Source: Octopus sinensis
Taxonomy: Eukaryota
NCBI RefSeq assembly: GCF_006345805.1
Contig: NC_043015.1
Coordinates: 28,830,001-28,894,000 of the forward strand
Direction of reading: 5' to 3'
Length of the DNA: 64,000 nt
The notes beneath the pieces are model-generated. The model searched no databases. It was not told the DNA's origin and saw only the letters and a list, made by a program, of their open reading frames with translations. Below are positions 25,572 to 39,622 of the stretch, piece after piece (the first letter of the stretch is position 1; each line of letters begins with the position of its first letter). The position numbers were made by a program, and so were the translations under genes.

Positions 25572-25904
25572 TTAAGAAGTTCGCTTCCCAACTACAGGGT
25601 TTCAAGTTCAGTCACTCTCCACGGCATTCTGGGCAAGTGTTTTCTACTATAGCCTATGGTCAACCAAAGGCTTGTGCATGGATTTGGTGGATGGAATCTG
25701 AAAGTAGTTCATTGTGTGTGAGAGAGAGAGGGAGTCTATGTTTGTGTCTCCTTGTCTTGACATTACACGAGAGTTGTAAATGAGTGTCACTGTCATACAA
25801 GCAGTGTCATTCATTTCCAATATTTTGCAAAAAAATATACCTGGCCATAGGGAAATATCTTATTGGGAAACAGGTGAGGGTTGGCAGCTGGTAGGGTATC
25901 TTCA

Positions 25905-26165
25905 TCATCATCATTTAATGTCTGCTTCCCATGCTGGCATGGGTTGGACGATTTGACTGAAGTCTGGCAAACCAGACTCCAATCTGATCTGGCAGAGTTT
26001 CTACAGCTGGATGCCCTTCCTAACGCCAACCACTCCGAGAGTGTAGTGGGTGCTTTTACGTGCCCCTAGCACGAAGGCCAGTTGGGTGGTACTGGCAACG
26101 GCCACGCCCTAATGGTGCTTTTTATGTGCCTCCTGCACAGGAGCCAGTCCAGCAGCACTGGTCAT
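25905..26165 (-). mobile_element. RTE LINE 3' end
   Basis: Family motif and (GAT)n tail. Confidence 0.8.
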
Positions 26166-26462
26166 GGATAATCTTCGATAATGGAAAAGTGGGCATTGAA
26201 GTTAATGTTTGCCACGGGACTAACAATATTTAATATCAATGTTGTTGGTAGTTCCCGCTACAATCGTCATAAATCATTGACATCATCATCATCACCATCT
26301 TGACTACATTAATCTTGAAGTTAAAGTGTTCTTGAATAGTGTTATGTGACAGTTGTATTTAAGGACAACATAGGCCATCACCTTAATCATTATCATCAAT
26401 TTATCCTATTGATTGCCTTTTTACTTTTTTTTTACCATACATTAATAATTACTCTGTTTCTG

Positions 26463-26843
26463 TGGAGGCGCAATGGCCCAGTGTTTGGGGCAGCGGACTC
26501 GCGGTCATAGGATCGCGGTTTCGATTCCCAGACCGGGCGTTGTGAGTGTTTATTGAGCGAAAACACCTAAAGCTCCACGAGGCTCCGGCAGGGGATGGTG
26601 GTGATCCCTGCTGTACTCTTTCACTACAACTTTCTCTCACTCTTACTTCCTGTTTCTGTTGTACCTGTATTTCAAAGGGCCGGCCTTGTCACTCTGTGTC
26701 ACGCTGAATATCCCCGAGAACTACGTTAAGGGTACACGTGTCTGTGGAGTGCTCAGCCACTTACACGTTAATTTGACGAGCAGGCTGTTCCGTTGATTTG
26801 GATCAACCGGAACCCTCGTCGTCGTAACCGACGGAGTGCTTCC
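26463..26843 (+). mobile_element. tRNA-derived SINE family H, full length with 12-bp TSD
   Basis: ACTCTGTTTCTG at 26451-26462 and 26844-26855, A box TGGCCCAGTG and B box GTTTCGATTCC. A partial copy lies at about 62433-62600. Confidence 0.88.
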
Positions 26844-27889
26844 ACTCTGTTTCTGCTGGTCTCACTACCACAGCTCCCATCATCATCATCTTCATTATTA
26901 CATTCATTAGCCTTATAGTTTAGGTATTCTCGAACAGTTTGAGATAATGGTTGTATTTAAGAACAGCATATCCATCATTCTAATCACTATCACCAGTTTG
27001 CCCTGTACTCCTGATTACTCTCTCTTTGCTTGTCTTACTACCATTTCTCTACAACCAACCAACTAACCAGGTAGCCAACCATGTCTGTCCCTGTTATCAT
27101 AGTGATTTTCCCCTCCCCCTCAGTTGTTATTGTTTTTGTTGTGGTGGTGGTGATAGTGTTAATAGTTACTGCTGATGTACTTATTCATATTAATCTCGAT
27201 TTAATTGCTTATCAGAGATAATCTTAGACTTCAATATTTAGTCAAGAGAAAATAGGTAGTTTATTGAAAATTGATTTCTGTGCTGATTGTACCTGTTTGA
27301 CTGTGAGACTTGCCTCACCTGTTCAGTTCATTCGGTGCTTTCTGCTGTTTTTCTGAATCGCACACTAAATGTTATATAAGTTTTGGATTTCAAGCAGGTT
27401 CTAGATTTCAAACCTATTACAACTTTTATTTTGTGCTTTTAAGACCAGACATTTTATTCTGTGTAACCTTAGTCTTCCTTCCAGAAAATTAGCATCACCC
27501 TTATTTGCTGTAATCTGCAGCAGCAAGAATTTCCAAAATCAATGCTGTTCCATTCTCATTCCACCTCGGTTTTTGTGTTAGCTACAGAACACATTATGGG
27601 CGAAGTTGTTCTTAACCCTTTTGTCACCATATTTCTAAACTACATTAAACCACATTGCTGCTCTTTCAGTTAAATTTGAAAATAATGAGTTCAGTTGAAC
27701 GATTTTGGTCATCATTATGCTGGCATTTGGAACTAGAAATTAACGTAAATTTTGTTGGAAGATTTTAATTTGGGAACCTTGAAAACAAGAAGCCTTTATC
27801 ATAGAATCAAGGCAATCTAGGGCAGTTTATGAGTTAGGTTGAGTGTTGGGTTTATGTTTCGTTTGAAATTTCCTGTGTTAACCACTCTA

Positions 27890-28052
27890 TACGACAGGCT
27901 TCTTCCAGTTTCCGTCTGCCAAATCCACTCAGGGCTTTGGTCGGTCCGAGGCTGTAGTAGAAGACACTTGCCCAAGGTGCCACGCAGTGGGACTGAACCC
28001 GGAACCATGTGGTTGGTAAGCAAGCTACTTAGCACACAGCCACTCCTACGCC
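27890..28052 (-). mobile_element. SINE A 5' half
   Basis: Near-consensus head. Confidence 0.85.
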
Positions 28053-28486
28053 TAATGCCGAGTTTTGTAGTAAATTCAAGTGCTGCTTAATAGTAATAAG
28101 AACACAAGTAGAACAAGGAAATCTATAAGAGAAAATGAGTTGAATGAATTCAGAACGAAAGGGAAAAAGAGAGAGAAGGCAAAAGAAATAGGTGAGTGAT
28201 TAAGTTCAACAACTCATCATTGACCTGGATAAATAGCTTTGATTATGATACGGGGACAATGTTAGGGAGTTTTGCTGTGTATTTATTTCAGATAAACACC
28301 ATTAAGAGGATTATATAGTGTGCATACATAATTTTTTCTTTTTTTGTCAGAAAATATTGTTAATCATTGTAGAATCTTGCATGTTATACAGTTTTTGATT
28401 GCTACTCTAAAAATATCAAATTTCTGTATTTGATGCCTCATCTCATAACGAGGGAGTTTAGGTTATTAATAGTTGTTGAGTTACAA

Positions 28487-28928
28487 TCATCATTGTCGTT
28501 AAATGTCCGCCTTCCATGCTAGCATGGATTGGACGATTTTGACTGAGGACTGGCGAGCCAGATGGCTGCACCAGGCTCCAATCTTGATTTGGCAGAGTTT
28601 CTACAGCTGGATGCCCTTCCTAACGCCAACCACTCCGAGAGTGTAGTGGGTGCTTTTTATGTGCCAGTCAGGCGGTACTGGCAATGACCTCACTCAAATC
28701 TTTTTACATGTGCCAGTGAAGTGACATTGGTAACGATCACACTCGAATGGTGCCCTTGTATGTGCCACAGGTACGGAAGCCAGTTGGCTGCTCTGGCAAC
28801 GATCACGCTCGGATGGTGCTCTTGGCACCCTACTAGCACAGGCATAAGTGCCAGTAAGGCGACGCTGGTAACGATCATACTCGAATAGCCGCTCTGTCAA
28901 CGATCACACTTGTATGGTGCTCTTTGCA
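28487..28928 (-). mobile_element. RTE LINE 3' UTR with repeat array
   Basis: Same subfamily as 21095-21508. Confidence 0.85.
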
Positions 28929-29146
28929 ATAATTATTTGAATTTTGTTCAATTCTTTCCTGATTTCAGAAAGGCAGACCACAAGCTCTTTTGTGACTTAG
29001 AAGGATATTAAATGTTGCATGATATAAACAAAAGTGGGTGAAAAACAAATTGTTCAGTTTATTTTTTGACGTTGGGCATTATAGATAAAACTATTGAATT
29101 TGGTATAATTATCACTTTTCTGAAAATTATTTTTGATTATATTTTA

Positions 29147-30132
29147 TCCATTTAGCATTTAAACTGACCACATCCGGTTAAAATATTCTTCCTGTTTTAT
29201 GTTTGGTCTGTCCAGATCCAGCCTCTCACACCTGCCCTACAGTATTAGTCCCCAAAACTACAGTTGCATAATCAAAAACTCCAGGCTACAAGAGAATGCA
29301 GGATAAATTTAAAACATGTGTTACATGTAATAGAATAAAAGGTTAACCCTTTCATTACCAACCTGGCCAAAACCAGCTCTGGCTCTGTAGTACAAATGTC
29401 TTGTTTTCATAAGTTTTGCATTAAAATCTTCCACCAAACCTTAGTCACAATTTATGCTCCTAACACTAGTTGAATGATAACTAAGTTATTTTACTAAATT
29501 CTTTGTTATATTGAAAATAATTGAAAGAAATACAGAGCATCTCAAAATAAATACAGTAACGAAAGGGTTAAATAAGTAGCAAAAATTGGTTTGAAGTTGG
29601 TATTTCCTTTTATGTTACTTGTACTTTCTTATTAGCCCTTATTTCCCCTTATTAGCCCTTTTTTGTTGCTTTCTCAAAAGTTACAGAACATATCTACTTG
29701 ATTTCTCTTAACATACTTCAGTGATATTTTTAAATCCCTAAATTGAATTAATTGCTGATGAATTCTTCAGATATGAAGTTTAGAAATTTAAAATCTAAAT
29801 TTACAACATTACTTATCTGATAAGACTAGTAAATAGTCTGGTGTTTCACTAATACATTTGATAACCTGATGATTTTTTTTACTCTTCTCATAGAACACTA
29901 TTGCTCTTTAACCCTTTCGTTACTGTATTTATTTTGAGATGCTCTGTGTTTCTCTCAATTATTTTAGACATGACAAAGAATTTAGTAAAATAACTTAGTT
30001 ATCATTAAGCTAGTGTTAGGAGCATAAATTGTGACTAAGGTTTGGTGGAAAATTTTAATTCAAAACTTATGAAAACAAGATATTTGTACCACAGAGCTAT
30101 AGCGGGTTTCAGCCAGGTTAGTATCAAAAGGG
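29147..30132. mobile_element. MITE cluster: E (29147-29342), D minus (29347-29567) sharing one TTAA, and D plus (29912-30132)
   Basis: TTAA TSDs and TIRs are visible. Confidence 0.85.
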
Positions 30133-31197
30133 TTAAGACCTTAGAAAATGTGATACTAGGAAAGGATTTTTTTTAGGAATTTGTTTTGTTTTAATTCGTT
30201 TGTACCCTCAAATCTCTCAACACACTCTAGACGTAAGTTCTCTCTGTCCCAATAAAATCTTGCCTGGTCTGTGACATTGACGTTTGAACTGATATTAAAT
30301 TTCACAATACTGTACTAGATGTACAGAACAATTTAAACATTGTTGTCTAAACCTTTGAGCTTGACCTGCCCTACTGTAATCCACAAGTATATTTATTTAT
30401 TGAGATAAGTTTGTATATAGTTTTGAATAAAAAACACAAAAAATTAAAAAGCCTAGTTCAAGGATCTGCTTTTGATTTTGTGACATATCCGTGATTAAAA
30501 TGAAAATAATTACAGCACCTTTCACTTGGAAAGTTTGAAAAATCAAAAATTGTATAAAATTTAGTAAAAAAAATATTGAAGACTGTTACTTTGTTTTATT
30601 AACCTTTGACCCCTTTTGGTATGATATTTCTGTTGAAATCACTAACCTCATTGCAATTCATTTTGAGGAATTGAGTAAATAACTGCCCTTTTTAAGCAGG
30701 TGTTTGGGAGTATAACAGAAAATTTTGTTAGAATTTAGATCAGTTTAAAGCAGGGAGTTAGTAATATTGAACCAGGAGCTGTGTTTGGCCAGTTGTGTAT
30801 CACAAAATTATAAACAACATATTTTATGAATCACTCGAGCATTTATATGGATTTTTCTAAAGCTGTAGATTGTTTTTAGAAATCTGCAATGCACCTAACT
30901 AAATATCTTTGGCACACCAAGACACCCCTCGTGACACCCTGTTGAGAATTAAAGGTTTAGTAAGCAGTGTTTGTTTCGTATTCAGTTTGTCGATTTATTG
31001 TTTTTATTGATTTTGCCACATTCACAAAACAAATAAATAAGAATCTCTCAAATAATACTGGTATACCCATGATTCAGAAGTTTGCTTGGCAACTGCACAG
31101 CTTTTGGGTTTTGTACCCCTTCATGGTACCTTGGACAAGTGTCTATTACTATAGCCCCAGGCTAACCAAACCCTTGTAAGTGAATTTGGTTGATGAT

Positions 31198-31662
31198 GAT
31201 CATCATCGTTTAACGTCCGCTTTCCATGCTAGCATGGGTTGGACGATTTTGACTGAGGGCTGGCGAACCAGATGGCCGCACCAGGCTCCAATCTTGATCT
31301 GGCAGAGTTTCTACAGCTGGATGCCCTTTCTAACGCCAACCACTCCGAGAGTGTAGTGGGTGCTTTTTACGTGTCACTGGCACGGAGCCAGTCAGATGGT
31401 ACTTGCAATGACCTCGCTCGAATCTTTTTACACATGTCACAGGCACAGGTGCCAGTAAGGCGACATTGGTAATGATCAAGCTCAAATGGTACCCTTTTAC
31501 GTGCCACCGGCACAGAGCCATTAGGCGGCTCTGGCAACGATCACATTCGGATGGTGCTTTTGGCACTCTACTAGCACGGGTACAAGTGCCAGTAAGGCGA
31601 TGCCGGTAATGATCACACTCGAATGGTGCCCTTTTATGTGCCACTGGCACGGAAGCCAGTTG
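31198..31662 (-). mobile_element. RTE LINE 3' UTR with repeat array
   Basis: Family motifs. Confidence 0.88.
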
Positions 31663-32279
31663 ATGGCAACTGAAAGAAGCACATCATGTGTGTGTGCCTT
31701 TATGACCCCATCTTGACTTTGCATGCTATTTACAAACAGGTCACCATCATACAAGAGACGTCGAGACATCATTTGTTTGTAATCTCCTTTGGAAAAATGT
31801 CTGGTCATTTGTGCTGTTCACACGTAAAGAAATAAGGGAGACATTACCTTGTTTAAAAACAGGTCAGGGTTGGTGGCAGGAAGAGTACCCAGCTACAGAA
31901 CATCTGCCTTGACAAATTTTGTCTGACCTGTGCAGACATGCGGCTAAACAACAACACATTCTGTACACTTATACCAATCTTACACCAGGATCATCTCAGT
32001 TCAAGTATGATACATGTACTTGTAACACCATATTATATCTGGACTCAGTGTCATCATTTGTATTTCCTGGTTTGGTACTTAGCTCTTGTGGATATGAAAG
32101 TACATGAGGTTAGCACATTTGTAAGACGACAGTGAAAACATTTGTAAGCATATTCCATTGGATCTGTGGCATGATGTCTTTATTTTACCTTCCAATGTTA
32201 TTTCTTGCTTAGTTTGAAAGCACTAATAGGTAACAACAAGAAAAATAGTCTTGACTTAAATTAATGGTTAACTATTTAA

Positions 32280-32488
32280 CCCTTTTGTTACCATATTTAT
32301 TTTGAGATGCTCTGTGTTTCTTTCAATTAATTTTAAATATAACAAAGAATTTGATAAAATAACTTAGTTACCATTTAAGCTGGTGTTAGGAACATAAATG
32401 GTGGAAGATTTTAATCTGAAACTTATGAAAACAAGATATTTGTACTACAGAGCCAGAGCCAGTTTTGGCCGGGTTGGTATCGAAAGGG
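32280..32488 (+). mobile_element. piggyBac-like MITE family D
   Basis: TTAA TSD and TIRs. Confidence 0.88.
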
Positions 32489-34312
32489 TTAATTAATGAT
32501 TATTTAATCCAAAGTATTATGTTGTCTTTTGATATTCAGTAAACATGTTTTAAAAGAGGAATTTTTAAAAATACAGCTGTATAGAGAGGGAGAAATGAGA
32601 TTATTTGAACTCCGTGCCTTTCCCATGAGCTTTAATAATTGATTAGCATGGAGTTAAATTGCTACAATTTCAATCAGCTGCTTTCAGCTCACTAAGAATT
32701 TACTTTCACTCTGTAGAGTGCTTTGTGATAAAGTAAATATTGATTTCTAACCGTAGTACAGGCAGTTGATTTATAAGGTGTAAGAGAGAGAGAGAGGAGG
32801 GAGTGGGAGATGAGATAAAATGAGATCATGATATGCTACTAATGCCCTTGGAAAATGCACATGAAATGGTTAAGCAGGAATCTAAACTGGTTCACAGCTA
32901 TTGCATTATTTTTTTTCTTTATTTCATTCTAGTTTTGAACTTTCTGATTGTAAGCATTAGTCCTTGCAGATGAGACAAAATCTCTTGCTGGTAACCCTGA
33001 AACCTAGGTCTGTCACAGATCACCATATTCTACAGAACTGATCTCTGTTCCAAGTTGCACTGAATGAAAGAGTGTTCCTTGGGATAGGACATTGTTCTCT
33101 TGTAGGAAGATTAACTGTGGTTGGAATTCACTCAAAACTACAAATGGAATTGTTACTGTCACACTGTTTAAACTGAACTATAATGCCCTGAAGTATCTTG
33201 CTAGATGTAAGTAGTTTTCAGCATTTGGGAGTTGAGTTTCTGGGCTGTGCATATACCGTAGTGTCAGTAGCAAGATTTGAGCTGTCAACCTCTCTAAGAC
33301 TATATTGATTTGGTTATCCTTTACGGTCAGGAAGTGTACATGCAGGACATTTATTTATGACATCGTTCGTGTGTTTAGCTTTAGGGGTTTAGGGTTAGGG
33401 TTGGGGCTGTAGGGTTAGAGTTATGGAAAAAAGTGAAAAATGAAGAAATTGGTGGGGGGGGTGGAATTTCAAAATTCCGATTTTTGGCAATTTTCTGGAA
33501 TCTCTGTATCTGAAAAGCTGAGTTTTTATCAAAAAAAATTTTTTAAATCAATAATTTGCGAGAAAAAAGCAGGGGAGTCTTTCCGATAATAGTAACTAAA
33601 AAACAGGAAAAAGAACCTAAAAGCAGTAGAAATGCACGAACGATTATGGTGGTGCCATGAAGTAAACATGCTTCAGATACTCTCGTTTATTCATACAAAT
33701 GTAATTGAGATGAAATATGTCATAAATAACAGTGACAAATGAAATATACACCACCGATAGTTGTTGTTGACAAACAACAGCAGTAATTTTATTCAGCTGG
33801 ATACACGTCATTGATTGGTTGAAATTATCCAAATACGACAACTTTAACATGAAATAACTTCGTAAATATAAACTTTTCTCAACAACACTAAGAGTAAAAG
33901 ATGTTTTATATGACACATTAGTCTACCAGTGTCCAAAGTTTGAAAGTGTTTAGTTACAAAAAATTAATTTCTCGTTTTGCCATTGGATCCCAGAAATCAA
34001 TGAAATAATGAAATTTTCTTGATAAAATGTGGTGCAAACAAAAAGTCTATTGATTGGAAGTTCTGTCTAAAATTTGACTAAAATGCTTCTTAGTTCCCGT
34101 TTTTGACCCCCATCCCTCTTTGAGCTATTGTTTTGTGCAGCTTGATATGCTAAGTACCAGAGAGTTGTGGAGTTGAAACAAAAAACTTTGATTCTGACTG
34201 CGATTCCTCTTTATGTAATTAAGTGATTGTGGTCTACTTATCTCATAAAAAAGTACAAGCATACACTTGTACTTTGAGTAGGGCTATATGTTATAACTGG
34301 TTTATATTAAAT

Positions 34313-34562
34313 CATCATCGTTTAACGTCCGTTTTCCATGCTAGCATGGGTTGGATGGTTCGACCGGGGATCTGGGAAGCCAGAAGGCTGCACCAGGCTC
34401 CAGTCTGATCTGGCAATGTTTCTATGGCTGGATGCCCTTCCTAACACCAACCACTCTGTGAGTGTAGTGAGTGCTTTTTACGTGCCACTGGCACAGCTGC
34501 CAGACGGGTCTGGCAAACGGCCACGGTCGGATTGGTGCATTTTACGTGCCACTGGCACGGGC
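34313..34562 (-). mobile_element. RTE LINE 3' end
   Basis: Family motifs. Confidence 0.85.
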
Positions 34563-36243
34563 CCAAAGAATAAAGATATTGTGTGTCGGAGTCAGTAAAA
34601 CTATACAGACTCCAACTCAATTGTTTCTGACTCCATCTCCTCAGCCTTGCTAAGTACAACTTACAGATACCTCTTATATTTTGCGGTTAAAAAGCCAAAG
34701 ATTTATTCGTCTGTTTTTCCATGATGGCAAGAGTTGCCTGGTGAGTCGAGACTGAATCTTATGTTCAGATGCTCTTCCTGTTGCCAACCTTTTTCTGAGT
34801 TGTATTTTATTTTATTCCAGAGGCCTTCAAAATCCCTGAGTGACCCGTCATAATAATTTGATGGTGGTGGATTAGCGGACTCATTAGAACATAAAGAGCT
34901 AAATGAAAAAGTACTGAGTTCAAATCCCACCAAAGCCAACTTTGTCTTTTACCCCCCTTGGGCGGTCGGGTTGGGGCAATAATAAAATAACACTCAAGTA
35001 CTGGGTTCAATGGTATTGGCTAATTCACCTCTCACCCTCAAGATTGCTGACCTTGTCTGATAGGTCAGAACCAGTTAGTATATCTGACCCCTTGCCAATA
35101 AAAGGCTGAAATTTGGAATCTGTTCTTGCCACATTCCTGGTAATAACATTTGCACTACCCTTCTTTAAATATAGTTCTAAAAAAAAAAAAATTGTAAAAA
35201 TAAGTTTGGATTTTTTTTTTCTTTGCTAAGATATGGTAAACACGCCAAGCTAAATGTGTCAACCTGCTTAACGAGTCAATGCCTCAAGTTTTTCATTGTC
35301 ATCATTTTTTTGTTTTTTTTCTTTTCTTTTTTATGAACTAATTCTCTTTGATTGACCTTTACAATTCAAGTCACTGTCTACCATTCTCTCACACATTACA
35401 CTCTCCCGGAGTTTACATCATTCATGCTCTCTCTACTTGTCCATACCACTTTAGTGTCGTCCTGCTTAAATGAATGGTTTGTGCTGAAAGTGGAGAATAG
35501 CAAAGCTATCATTTCATAAACAGTTTCATTATTGTGTCGGGAGTTAAAGTGCATGTTGCTAAGTGCTTTAATATATGTGTGGTGTGGTGTGTGTGTGTGT
35601 GTGTGTGTGGAGAGAGAGAGGGTCTGGGTTGCATTTTATTCTAATAGCATTAACAATACAGATAAAAGTAGGGTACAGTTAATGTCAACAAGGGATTGGG
35701 ATTATCAATTTTTTTTTCTTTTTGTTTAGGGATATCAGGTGATTAGGGATAACATCAGCAAATAACATTATGATATTTTCAATAATCAATAAAAAAAAAG
35801 AAAAAAAAACTCTACCAAGTTATGCATTTTTACGGAGGAAATATAGCTTTTAATGCTTCTGGGAGCATCGCTTCTATTTAAATATTTATAGCCTTGTGCA
35901 AATTCGAGAAATTAATATATTAAAGAGCAGGTTGACTGGCACTTCAAGTTTCACCTGGCCTTGCTCAACTTGTTATTATTGAAAGTGTTTTCAAATGATA
36001 TTATTTTGATATGGAAATTGATATTAAAATTTTGATGTATTTGGAATTGAATCGTCTTTAATGCTGCACGGGGTGGAGTCTACCATTCACCTTTAAACCA
36101 TGGGCAACTTGTAGCAAAATGGATTTGACCTTATTTTTGCTCCATTACACATTACTAGAAGTCAGTGTTGTAGTAATACTAAGGTTCATACAACTGCTGC
36201 TGCTGCTGATGATGATGATGAGCAGCAGCATGCCTTAAAGTTA

Positions 36244-36746
36244 TCTATATATATATATAAAACTGTAGTTGTGTGAGTGTCTGTCCCCTTCGATTTAGAT
36301 TCCTAACTCCTCCCACGTTTTGCGGTGCAGTTTAACCAAATTCGGGTATCTTATAGTCGTGATTAATATCGAGCCCGTCTGAGTATTAGCGCGCGTCTAC
36401 GATTTTAAAAATAATTTAACATCATTTTTTATTCCATTTTAATGCATAATTTTTCGTGTGTCGATGGCGGCGGAGTTGGCGTCCACGCTCACAGCTGCAC
36501 CTGTTTGCTTCTCCCCCTTCCTTCCCTTGTGAAGCTGTGGGGAAGGGAGTGTAAGGAAATCAACATCGTAAAGCGTTGTCAAGGAGACCAGCGTTCTTTT
36601 AGAGCAACGACTTCATGGCTTGAAGACACCAAAACAGAAATGGCTAAGAAAGCCTGAATTGGCATCTATAAGGGAAGTAACTCTCTAAAAATGCTTATAT
36701 AGTTATTTCCCTTACAAACCCGAGCAACACCGGGCGATACTGCTAG
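36244..36746 (+). mobile_element. Non-autonomous Helitron with an extra internal segment
   Basis: A/TC...CCCGAGCAACACCGGG...CTAG/T. Confidence 0.88.
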
Positions 36747-37411
36747 TCTTTTATGAAAGAAAATTTCATTCTCCCGCCTCATGGGGAAAATAGAAATTAC
36801 AATTTAGGCTAGAAATTTGTAATGAGCGACATTATTGTTATTATGTGGTGAGCTGGCAGTTGTTAGCATACTGGACAAAATTCTTAATGGTATTTTGCCT
36901 GTGGCTACGTTCTGAGTTCAAATTCTGCTGAGGTCAACTTTGCTTTTCATCATTTTGGAGTCAATAAATTAACTACCAGTGAAATACTGGGGCTGATGTA
37001 ATCGCCTTAATCCCCTTCCCCCAAGCTCCTCTTGTGGCAAAAATTTGAAATCATCATCATTATTATTAGGTGGCTGGATGTGGTATTTTTTCTGGCTATC
37101 TACATTGTGAATTCAGATCCTAATGAGGTCAGCTTTGCCTTTCATCCTTTCCAGGCCCTTAAAATAATATACCAATCGAGCACTGAAATTGATACAATTA
37201 ATGAAACCTTTCCTGCCAAAGTGGTCCTGTGCCTAAATTAGAAACAGTATTTCAAGGCAGTGAGTTGGTAGAATGTTTAAAGTGTCTTTCAGTATTTGAT
37301 TCCAGTGGATGTGTGGTAAAAAAAAAAGCTTGCTTCCCAACCATGTGGTCCCACTTCACAGTTCAAATTCTGCTGATGTCATCTTTACCTTTTATACCTT
37401 TGGGGCCCAAT

Positions 37412-37902
37412 CTCTCTCTCTATCCGCTCAGTCAAAGTCGACTCTCAGTCACTCGTTGGATCAGTGTCCTCCAGTCAGTTCTATCCTGGGCCGCTTCCTT
37501 CAGATTGGCCATGTCCATTCTGGTATCACTCCTGATGGTGTCAAGCCAGCGGCGGGTTCTTGGTCGGCCTCTTCCTCTCTTGCCACTGACCATTCCAAGC
37601 ATCATGTCCTTCTCCAGGGATTTTCTCTGCATAATATGACCGAAATATGCCAATCTATGCTTGGTGATCCCAGCTTCTAGCGACATTTTTGGCCCTATCT
37701 GCTTAAGAACTTCTCCATTGGTGAGCCTCGCTGTCCATGGAATCTGCAAAAGTCTTCTCCAACACCAAAGCTCGAATGCATTAATTCTCTTCTGGTCAGC
37801 TTTCTTTAGTGCCCAGGTCTCGCATCCATATGTTGCTATTGGGAAGACAATTGCAGTCACCAATCTGCATTTGGTAGCGAGTCTGATGTCTCTACTCTTC
37901 CA
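37412..37902 (-). mobile_element. 5'-truncated BovB-like RTE LINE with 11-bp TSD
   Basis: Open frame WKSRDIRLATKCRLVTAIVFPIATYGCETW...FELWCWRRLLQIPWTAR...YFGHIMQR.SLEK..MLG...GRGRPRTRRW is typical of the RTE/BovB C-terminus. (GA)n tail; TGGGGCCCAAT at 37401-37411 and 37903-37913. Confidence 0.92.
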
Positions 37903-38364
37903 TGGGGCCCAATAATCTCAACTAATTCCCTCCTTTTCAAAATTGCTGTCTTTGTGCCTAAGTCCAAAACAATTAACGACTGAAATGACATAAAAAGCTT
38001 TTCTCTAGCAGTCTTTATATTATGATATCAACTGATCATCATTCTTGGTGTGTAATGTCAGATGCCATTATTTGCAGCAGAAACCACACTAAAGCATCAT
38101 GTGTATGTGTTCTTGAGAGAAATAATTTTAGCTTATTTCAAACATTTGTAGTATTATTTTACAGTGCCCTTCAAACTGCATCATTTCTCATTTTATGCTT
38201 TCCTGACCTAAAAAAAAAAAATGAAAAATAAAAAAAAATTCCAGAATGTAGTTTGGAGAGAATTTCAAAATAATTGTACTCGAAATATTAAATATTTTGA
38301 AATGACTAATTCATATTAACTGTTTTTTTTTCTTTGTTGGTGACATAGTTTATCATCATCATTG

Positions 38365-38703
38365 TTAGCATTCAGAGTTCTCTGCCAAATGTCATGCTTA
38401 TTTATTTGTCTTGATTTGAATTAGTCTTGTAGAAACTCTGCCAGATCAAGACTGGGGACTGGTGCAGCCATCTGGTTTGCCAGCCCTCAGTCAAAATTGT
38501 CCAACCCATGCTAGCATGGAAAGCGGACGTTAAACGATGATGATGATGATATATTACCTTGTATGTTTGAGATTTCAAAGACATGGTTGTTTAGTTTTAG
38601 AGTAGTATTGTCGGGTAAGTGTGAGAGGTCAGATCCGGCTGGTTTGAAGATAAAGCAGGTAGATTATTTTGGTCAGATAGGTAAGCTTAAATGCTAAATG
38701 GTT
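38365..38703 (+). mobile_element. Diverged MITE E with an RTE 3' end inserted (38422-38552, +)
   Basis: E-family ends flank an RTE tail ending in (GAT)n. Confidence 0.7.
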
Positions 38704-39077
38704 AGATTCTGTTTTCTATGTTGGCATGGGATGGACATTTTGACAGGACTGCATCAAACTCTAAAGTCAGTTCTGGCATGATTTCTATAGCTTGATGCCC
38801 TTCCTAAAAGCATATACTGAATGCACTAGTGAGGTCTCTTAACTTGCAAAAAACTGTGAAGTGGTTGGCATTTAGAAAGGCATCCAGCTGTAAAAAGCAT
38901 GCCAAAACTGACCTCTCCTTTGCTGGTGCCACATTAAAAGCACTCAGTCCACTCCGCAGAGTGGTCGGTGTTAGGAAGGGCATCCAGCTGTAAAAACCAT
39001 GCCAAAACAGACACAGTAGCCTGATTTAGTCTTCTACCTACCCAGTTTCTATCTCTTAGTTTATAGCAATTAGATTA

Positions 39078-39622
39078 TGATGATCATCATCGTTTAACGT
39101 CCGCTTTCCATGCTAGCATGGGTTGGAAGGTTCGACTGGGGTTTGGGAAGCCAGGAGGCTGCACCAGGCCCAGTCTGATCTAGCAGTGTTTCTACAGCTG
39201 GATGCCCTTCCTAACGCCAACCACTCTGTGAGTGTAGTGGGTGCTTTTTATGTGCCAGGCGAGGCTGGCAATAGCCATGATTGGTTGGTGCTTTTTACGT
39301 GCCACCGGCGCAGGTGCCAGAGGAGGCTGGCGAACGGCCACAATTGGTTGGTGCTTTTTACGTGCCACCTGCATGGAGGCCAGTCAAGGCGGCACTGGCA
39401 ACGGCCACGTTCGGATGGTTCTTTTATGTGCCACCGGCACTGGTATCACAACTACAATTTCCATTGATTTTTGATCGATTTCGGTTTCACTTGCCTCAGC
39501 AGGTCTTCGTAAGCAGAGTTTTGTGTCCCAAGAAGGAAAGGTATGCATAAGTGGACTGGTTACATCCCAGGTAGAGGCCACGGGTTATGATCTCACTTGT
39601 CCTGCTGGGTCTTCCCACGCAC
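39078..39622 (-). mobile_element. RTE LINE 3' fragment reaching the ORF stop (…KTQQDK*)
   Basis: Colinear with the 58737-59577 copy. Confidence 0.88.

Noticed and set aside
34595-34650. CUGAGGA...GAAA on the minus strand (similar partial hits near 57960-58000, 29755 and in RTE tails)
   Set aside because: No coherent stems I, II and III.
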